DNA of 64,000 bases from Phoronis australis (taxonomy: Eukaryota > Animalia > Phoronida): the NCBI GenBank assembly GCA_002633005.1, contig NMRA01000031.1:1087004-1151003 (forward strand), read 5' to 3'. The notes under the pieces were generated by a model that saw only the letters and a list, made by a program, of their open reading frames with translations, ran no database searches and was not told the origin of the DNA. The translations under genes and the position numbers were made by a program. Positions 62,101 through 64,000 of the stretch are shown here, one piece after another (position 1 is the stretch's first letter; the number at the start of each line of letters is the position of its first letter).

Positions 62101-63455
62101 AAAGAAGTGGTCATAAGACTACCTACTTTTGTCAAAATTTATTTTGTTGATTTAAAATAAACGTGTTGTCTGAAGAAAATGGAAACTTTGTGAAACTCGT
62201 AAGATCTTTTCCATTTTCAGTTCCAAGCAATTCAATACCTAATCAAATGTGTCGAGAAAGTATAGGTTCACCAGCTGGATGAGTGCTTAATGTTAAATAG
62301 TTGAAAAGCTATTTGACATTAAGTACTCTTCCTGTTGTATAGTGGCACTCGTCGAGCACAGTGGGTCATGGGATAATGGCGTCTTACAGGTCTGACTATT
62401 GACTTTGAGGACAGGCGTTTATACTGGATCAATAAAGACTCCCCTCACATCGTATCGTGTGACCTGCTGGCAGGAACCAACGTGAGGGCACTGCTTACCC
62501 CTGGCATTGAACTCAGGAAGCCCACGGCTCTGACTATTTACAAGGACACCATTTTCTTCTCTGATGAATACGGTCTCCATTCTGTCAACAAGTCTGGTAG
62601 TGGGCACACCATCCTGAAACATGGCGATCTCTACATCAACTCGATGAAAGTTTATGATGGCCAAACTCGAGAGAATTGTAATTGCCATTTATTTTATCGT
62701 TTGTCTTGATGAAAAAGTAACACCATGCTTATGGTAGGAGCAATTTTCACGAAGTAATGGCAAATTTCCAAACGATTGGCAAATTGGCAAATGTGGTTGA
62801 CGCAGTACACTTTAGTGCTGAATGCCCAAAATATGCCCCGTTCTTTGGTCTTATGCCATAGTGTAAATGAATTAAAAACACGGGCTGAGCTGGTGTTCTC
62901 TTTACCCACCTGAAGTCATGTTCTCAAAGTACTGAATCAAGACTATGATTGCAGTAACATTTGATACGTGTGATGTAGTTTGAATATTGGTCAATCGTAA
63001 GTAGATCTATTGACCTCATTTACCAGTAACGCTTAGGGATTACCCATAGTAACTAATGTTTTCAAAGACGTGCGGGTTTGGTAGCTAAGGGTTGATGGCC
63101 GACATTTGCTTTAAACTTTCCTTGAATTGTCAGTGGGTATTGTATATAAGGAGACGAAATTGGCATTTTTTAAGTGCATAACAAAACGGCAGGAAATTTT
63201 CGAAGAAGAATGTGGTTTTGTAGGGTTTTGAAAATTAAATTTCGATACGAGAGATTACTGAACTGTACTGTATACATACATGTGTTATTTTGCCTGGATA
63301 CATGACTAGTTTGTTGTTCATATACTCAGCTGCCAGCGCATGCAAGGTGAACAACGGAGGCTGTTCACAGCTGTGTCTTCCTATCAACAAGATGGTCCGC
63401 CGTTGCAAGTGTACAGATGGTTATCATTTGGACACAGATGGCACTACTTGTAAAG
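5076..63455 (+). CDS. LRP1: LRP1-like (LDL receptor-related protein 1) multi-exon gene, 3'-incomplete, with an extra N-terminal Ig domain
   Basis: 38 exons with canonical GT-AG sites join in one frame (6079 nt). The 8-LDLa cluster II, the EGF/propeller order and peptides such as [34 protein letters not shown]...[25 protein letters not shown] and [15 protein letters not shown] match LRP1 as I recall it. The 5' boundary is tentative; the core from 32649 onward is secure. Confidence 0.9.
5821..6247 (+). mobile_element. MITE family A, copy 1 (Harbinger-like)
   Basis: Imperfect terminal IRs (taagtcccatttagac...gtgtaaacccacttta); homologous over its length to the reverse complement of 7133-7629 and partly to 27903-28362. 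Confidence 0.75.
7133..7629 (-). mobile_element. MITE family A, copy 2 (inverted)
   Basis: The end gtgccgggccaaaagttgaagtctaaactggacttaa is the reverse complement of the start of copy 1. Contains a 3 x 30-bp tandem expansion at 7473-7560. Confidence 0.75.
10579..10654 (+). mobile_element. 3' tail remnant of a non-LTR retroelement/SINE
   Basis: ggggcccctatggaaagcagtgtgaactgatgggttaccct followed by an (AATA/AAT)n tail. Confidence 0.4.
12081..12350 (-). mobile_element. Degenerate copy of MITE family B
   Basis: 12230-12345 aligns by eye with the reverse complement of 19410-19535 (ccttaccttg.taa.gtg...aag.tgtcaca.gtg...caagttgt...gtaacttgttc). Confidence 0.5.
12383..12617. repeat. 18-bp minisatellite (cagtcagtgcacaagtca) x13
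   Basis: Directly visible; it explains the QSVHKS, CTDCDL and VTCALT ORFs. Confidence 0.97.
13350..13571. mobile_element. pogo/Tc1-mariner-like MITE (family C)
   Basis: TIRs tggtaaaatctaaccaatttaggaca / tgtctgaaattggtgaggttttactg followed by ta; related copies at 20162-20341 and about 12913-13080. Confidence 0.65.
13652..13849. repeat. Degenerate ~40-bp tandem repeat (ctatccagtgtccagtgagagtcggcacctaacacacggg), about 5 copies
   Basis: Directly visible, ending about 90 bp upstream of the exon 2 acceptor. Confidence 0.85.
13941..14050 (+). CDS. LRP1: Exon 2: Ig domain, N-terminal half
   Basis: ttgcag acceptor, gtgagt donor, phase 1-0; [36 protein letters not shown] contains the B-strand Cys. 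Confidence 0.8.
16213..16456 (+). CDS. LRP1: Exon 3: Ig domain, C-terminal half (V/I-set)
   Basis: ctgcag acceptor, gtaggt donor, phase 0-1; VKW...[22 protein letters not shown]...VMLKVV contains the C-strand Trp and the D-x-G-x-Y-x-C signature. Confidence 0.85.
19380..19748 (+). mobile_element. MITE family B (Harbinger-like TIRs)
   Basis: TIRs taagcgctgtccacacac / gtgtgtggatgggactta, with subterminal tagaacaag / ttgttctag motifs. Confidence 0.65.
20162..20341. mobile_element. pogo/Tc1-mariner-like MITE (family C), second copy
   Basis: TIRs ctgtgaaatatcacctatttaggaca / tgtccaaaattggtgagatgttactg followed by ta. Confidence 0.6.
21032..21160 (+). CDS. LRP1: Exon 4: LDLa repeat (cluster I, first)
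   Basis: [42 protein letters not shown]; tgtag/gtaagt; phase 1-1. Confidence 0.92.
21561..21788. repeat. Foldback cluster of CCCCTAAACTCC motifs in alternating orientation
   Basis: atttgcgcccctaaactccatgcatgctctgaaaat pairs with aatttagaggcatggcggggagtttaggggtacaaat; a second pair spans 21712-21788. Confidence 0.7.
22681..22723. repeat. 43-bp near-perfect palindrome
   Basis: tgatgaccctggggctggttc-a-gaaccagccacagggtcatca: 21-bp arms, 1 mismatch, 1-nt spacer. Confidence 0.9.
24273..24344. repeat. 32-bp tandem duplication
   Basis: gaatttggaac(g/a)gcca(a/g)tattgcgtatttcta, about 2.2 copies. Confidence 0.85.
24558..24677 (+). CDS. LRP1: Exon 5: LDLa repeat (cluster I, second)
   Basis: [39 protein letters not shown](C); tttcag/gtaagt; the last Cys codon is split T|GT. 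Missed by the ORF track. Confidence 0.9.
24856..26178 (+). mobile_element. Helentron-associated non-autonomous element (HINE/DINE-1-like)
   Basis: T-run, 5' inverted repeat (tgcgcccacat...atgtggacgca), degenerate (GTCC)n tract, central ~150-bp tandem subunits in a ~450-bp higher-order repeat, and a 3' stem-loop gaagcacatcg...cggtgcattc then gcgcatttcaatgctcc...gctcttt. Confidence 0.75.
27903..28362 (+). mobile_element. MITE family A, diverged copy 3
   Basis: Shares cgccttgctcc.gtttc.c.tt.agac...tgac.cg....agatg.tcaggcg...ttgctctacctca with copy 1; termini agccctggttagac / gtgcaagcggcact. Confidence 0.6.
28811..29061. mobile_element. MITE with ~55-bp imperfect TIRs
   Basis: gattcagtttcacataagtgacttaaaacttaagt...ggtcttgtac versus gtctaagacc...acttaagtctgaagtcacttttcatgaaacagatg; a related end fragment lies at about 1780-1815. 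Confidence 0.65.
32649..32798 (+). CDS. LRP1: Exon 6: LDLa repeat (cluster I, third; CR2-like)
   Basis: [49 protein letters not shown]; ggcag/gtatgt; phase 1-1. Confidence 0.92.
33126..33236 (+). CDS. LRP1: Exon 7: EGF repeat 1
   Basis: [36 protein letters not shown]; tgtag/gtaaga. Confidence 0.92.
33337..33844. mobile_element. hAT-like MITE with 6-bp TSD
   Basis: Perfect 13-bp TIR cagggcttggaat / attccaagccctg flanked by ATATTG on both sides (33331-33336, 33845-33850); CpG-rich interior with repeated ttccgcg/ttccacg motifs. Confidence 0.85.
34142..34273 (+). CDS. LRP1: Exon 8: calcium-binding EGF repeat 2
   Basis: [44 protein letters not shown]; tgcag/gtattt. Confidence 0.93.
34532..34671 (+). 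CDS. LRP1: Exon 9: YWTD beta-propeller 1 (a)
   Basis: [15 protein letters not shown]...[12 protein letters not shown]; ttcag/gtacgt; phase 1-0. Confidence 0.9.
35568..35670. repeat. (GCT/ACT)n degenerate trinucleotide microsatellite
   Basis: Directly visible, intronic. Confidence 0.9.
35806..36053 (+). CDS. LRP1: Exon 10: propeller 1 (b)
   Basis: VSEKAQMFC...[14 protein letters not shown]...MVLVPELG; gacag/gtaaga; phase 0-2. Confidence 0.9.
36486..36717 (+). CDS. LRP1: Exon 11: propeller 1 (c)
   Basis: YIFITE...RVNMDGSG...[19 protein letters not shown]; ctag/gtgaga; phase 2-0. Confidence 0.92.
36965..37130 (+). mobile_element. CORE-SINE-like remnant
   Basis: gtttccttgagcaaggcacttaa...cactcagctgtgtaaaatgtgtac resembles the CORE/MIR central domain; it is followed by aacctgtgatgaactag...ctaggggaaattgaaagactctcatcc. 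Confidence 0.5.
37177..37266. repeat. 20-bp tandem repeat (actgactatYgaatcaattc), about 4 copies
   Basis: Directly visible. Confidence 0.85.
37551..37618. repeat. ~14-bp tandem repeat (ctatatcagtatct), about 5 copies
   Basis: Directly visible; occupies the branch-point/pyrimidine region of the exon 12 acceptor. Confidence 0.85.
37629..37809 (+). CDS. LRP1: Exon 12: propeller 1 (d)
   Basis: [18 protein letters not shown]...[13 protein letters not shown]; tctag/gtaagt; phase 0-1. Confidence 0.92.
38525..38656 (+). CDS. LRP1: Exon 13: EGF repeat 3
   Basis: [43 protein letters not shown]; tccag/gtatgt. An alternative in-frame acceptor would start the exon at 38537. Confidence 0.88.
39968..40204 (+). 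CDS. LRP1: Exon 14: propeller 2 (a)
   Basis: [22 protein letters not shown]...[18 protein letters not shown]; ttcag/gtatgt; phase 1-1. Confidence 0.88.
40798..40987 (+). CDS. LRP1: Exon 15: propeller 2 (b)
   Basis: [21 protein letters not shown]...[12 protein letters not shown]; tctag/gtaagg; phase 1-2. Confidence 0.93.
41605..41827 (+). CDS. LRP1: Exon 16: propeller 2 (c)
   Basis: YVYWSNW...[11 protein letters not shown]...[27 protein letters not shown]; tacag/gtaagt; phase 2-0. Missed by the ORF track. Confidence 0.93.
42541..42727 (+). CDS. LRP1: Exon 17: propeller 2 (d)
   Basis: [25 protein letters not shown]...[12 protein letters not shown]; ttctag/gtgagt; phase 0-1. Confidence 0.9.
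43363..43491 (+). CDS. LRP1: Exon 18: EGF repeat 4
   Basis: [42 protein letters not shown]; ttctag/gtttgt. Confidence 0.92.
44004..44153 (+). CDS. LRP1: Exon 19: LDLa cluster II repeat 1 (CR3-like)
   Basis: [41 protein letters not shown]; tgtag/gtatgc. Confidence 0.93.
44378..44580 (+). mobile_element. tRNA-derived SINE-like element
   Basis: Head ggagacggtgtgactcggcgg (A-box-like) ... cccgggtttgactcctgg (B-box-like) at tRNA spacing; no complete cloverleaf. Confidence 0.45.
44680..44846. repeat. 21-bp minisatellite (gtaacttagctacgaccccag) x8
   Basis: Directly visible. Confidence 0.95.
44915..45040 (+). CDS. LRP1: Exon 20: LDLa cluster II repeat 2 (CR4-like)
   Basis: [41 protein letters not shown]; ttcag/gtgagt. 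Confidence 0.93.
45447..46793 (+). mobile_element. HINE-like element, 5'-truncated relative of 24856-26178
   Basis: Shares gactactgtggcgcctcctagtggc subunits and the 3' end tagaagcaca...gcatttca...ctcc...ttgctctt; has an internal ~40-bp duplication at about 46587-46662. Confidence 0.72.
46757..46830. repeat. Perfect 74-bp palindrome
   Basis: cgtgggagcatttcagcactcctgttgctcttgttac|gtaacaagagcaacaggagtgctgaaatgctcccacg: 37-bp arms, no spacer, no mismatch. Confidence 0.97.
47012..47125 (+). CDS. LRP1: Exon 21: LDLa cluster II repeat 3 (CR5-like)
   Basis: [37 protein letters not shown]; ttcag/gtacgt. Confidence 0.93.
47526..47632 (+). CDS. LRP1: Exon 22: LDLa cluster II repeat 4 (CR6-like)
   Basis: [35 protein letters not shown]; tacag/gtagat; phase 1-0, with the last Cys in the next exon. 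Confidence 0.9.
48071..48200 (+). CDS. LRP1: Exon 23: LDLa cluster II repeat 5 (CR7-like)
   Basis: [43 protein letters not shown]; tacag/gtatgt; phase 0-1. Confidence 0.92.
48535..48654 (+). CDS. LRP1: Exon 24: LDLa cluster II repeat 6 (CR8-like)
   Basis: [39 protein letters not shown]; tgcag/gtaatt. Confidence 0.93.
48764..48859. repeat. Inverted repeat (~30-bp arms), probable TE remnant
   Basis: tgatataacgtgcccgaatttcgagaaccgg / ctggttctcaaagtgcgggcacgttagatca. Confidence 0.75.
49289..49478. repeat. 36-bp minisatellite (gggaattccactctctgtacccagctctagtgatgg) x5
   Basis: Directly visible, head-to-tail, no spacers. Confidence 0.95.
49896..50135 (+). CDS. LRP1: Exon 25: LDLa cluster II repeats 7-8 (CR9/CR10-like)
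   Basis: [79 protein letters not shown]; tgcag/gtgagt. Confidence 0.93.
50765..50884 (+). CDS. LRP1: Exon 26: EGF repeat 5
   Basis: [39 protein letters not shown]; tacag/gtaaga. Confidence 0.93.
51497..51631 (+). CDS. LRP1: Exon 27: EGF repeat 6
   Basis: [44 protein letters not shown]; tgtag/gtacgg. Confidence 0.92.
51875..52069 (+). CDS. LRP1: Exon 28: propeller 3 (a)
   Basis: [16 protein letters not shown]...[11 protein letters not shown]...[19 protein letters not shown]; ttcag/gtgaga. Confidence 0.95.
52847..53051 (+). CDS. LRP1: Exon 29: propeller 3 (b)
   Basis: [44 protein letters not shown]...[11 protein letters not shown]; AAG acceptor, gtacgg donor; phase 1-2. Confidence 0.92.
53381..53660 (+). 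repeat. ~80-bp tandem repeat built from the intron/exon 30 junction
   Basis: The motif cag|gatgt...tttg recurs with AG ending at 53387, 53468, 53556 and the true acceptor at 53635 (spacing 81, 88, 79). Confidence 0.8.
53636..53812 (+). CDS. LRP1: Exon 30: propeller 3 (c)
   Basis: [21 protein letters not shown]...[21 protein letters not shown]; ttcag/gtacat; phase 2-2. Confidence 0.95.
54311..54458 (+). CDS. LRP1: Exon 31: propeller 3 (d)
   Basis: [13 protein letters not shown]...[27 protein letters not shown]; tgtag/gtacgg; phase 2-0. Confidence 0.95.
56036..56132 (+). CDS. LRP1: Exon 32: propeller 3 (e)
   Basis: [32 protein letters not shown]; gctag/gtacat; phase 0-1. Confidence 0.93.
57281..57421 (+). 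CDS. LRP1: Exon 33: EGF repeat 7
   Basis: [46 protein letters not shown]; tgcag/gtaagt. Confidence 0.94.
58675..58902 (+). CDS. LRP1: Exon 34: propeller 4 (a)
   Basis: [18 protein letters not shown]...[10 protein letters not shown]...LYWTD...[14 protein letters not shown]; tacag/gtgagt. Confidence 0.95.
60036..60216 (+). CDS. LRP1: Exon 35: propeller 4 (b)
   Basis: [20 protein letters not shown]...VSKLNGAFR...[11 protein letters not shown]; ttcag/gtaagg; phase 1-2. Confidence 0.93.
60537..60844. mobile_element. AT-rich foldback MITE with ~65-bp imperfect TIRs
   Basis: tataaataaaacaa...aatggatcaa...ggatataatcaca...catcctttgtcaacagaa versus ttctgttgacaaaggatgtgattatatcc...ttgatccattgttgttttatttata. 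Confidence 0.75.
61528..61637 (+). CDS. LRP1: Exon 36: propeller 4 (c)
   Basis: [36 protein letters not shown]; cacag/gtaagt; phase 2-1, which exactly bridges exons 35 and 37. Confidence 0.88.
62390..62677 (+). CDS. LRP1: Exon 37: propeller 4 (d)
   Basis: [14 protein letters not shown]...[17 protein letters not shown]...[12 protein letters not shown]; tacag/gtaatt. Confidence 0.92.
63330..63455 (+). CDS. LRP1: Exon 38: EGF repeat 8 (gene continues beyond the window)
   Basis: [41 protein letters not shown]; ctcag/gtaact. Confidence 0.94.
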
Positions 63456-64000
63456 GTAACTTTGTGACAAATTATTGTATATACCTCAGCACCTCAGACA
63501 TTTAGAATGGTCCCTTCGCTGAGAAGCTTGTTAATCACCAGATGGCGCTTGCAAAACAAACGCTCAATATAGCATCATTGTAACTGTAACAAAACAGTAA
63601 TTAAATCCCATTGGTCTAGCTGAACAGTGTTTCCTTTTCTCACTCTGTTCAGATAATTAGTGGAGTACCTAGTATCCTTCATTAGCGCCACCTGGTGAGT
63701 AGTGAGTCTCCCCTTTTAGGTTATCATATTGTTGTCGATAGAAGTGATTTTTTACGTTTTGGTTATGTGCAGTTTTGACCACAATAAGACTTTCCTGTTT
63801 TAGAACTTTTACTATTGTACAGTTGTTGTTGTACCTTTGCTGAATGTGAATAGAGTTGGTACAGAAACATAGAGGATAAAAATGAACAAGTTTCTGGAGA
63901 GCTAGTGTGTAAAAATCTTCAGCTAGAAAGGAGGGTAGAGTCATTTTTTAAGAGATCGTGTCTTATAAGGTCAAGTGATTCATTGTGTGCTGTGTGGGAA

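Noticed and set aside
32649-63455. Alternative identity as megalin/LRP2, vitellogenin receptor, LRP4/5/6 or perlecan
   Set aside because: A short cluster I, two propellers, exactly eight LDLa repeats and then serial propellers, plus LRP1-type peptides, fit LRP1. Megalin starts with seven LDLa repeats and perlecan lacks YWTD propellers.

Overview
This is AT-rich, intron-containing animal (probably invertebrate) genomic DNA, not prokaryotic, so most entries in the ORF track are spurious or are exons plus intron read-through. One large + strand gene dominates the window: an LRP1-type giant LDL-receptor-family gene. I reconstructed 38 GT-AG exons by hand (6079 coding nt, about 2026 codons, all intron phases consistent). 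Exon 1 is tentative and the gene runs off the right edge. Domain order: putative signal peptide - Ig domain (2 exons) - 3 LDLa - 2 EGF - YWTD propeller 1 - EGF - propeller 2 - EGF - 8 LDLa - 2 EGF - propeller 3 - EGF - propeller 4 - EGF. From the third LDLa onward this is the LRP1 architecture. The N-terminal lachesin/Dpr/DIP-like Ig domain and the extra cluster-I LDLa are not part of canonical LRP1 and are the main novelty. They sit on frame-symmetric cassettes, and read-through of the exon-5 donor would give a complete secreted Ig-LDLa-LDLa protein of about 220 aa. The introns carry many non-autonomous elements (Harbinger-, hAT- and pogo-like MITEs, Helentron-associated HINE-like elements with periodic CTCF-like motifs, SINE remnants), minisatellites, a perfect 74-bp palindrome and a tandem array of decoy splice acceptors. 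There are two single-N assembly joins (2515, 59611). All family assignments come from motif recognition; no database search was run.
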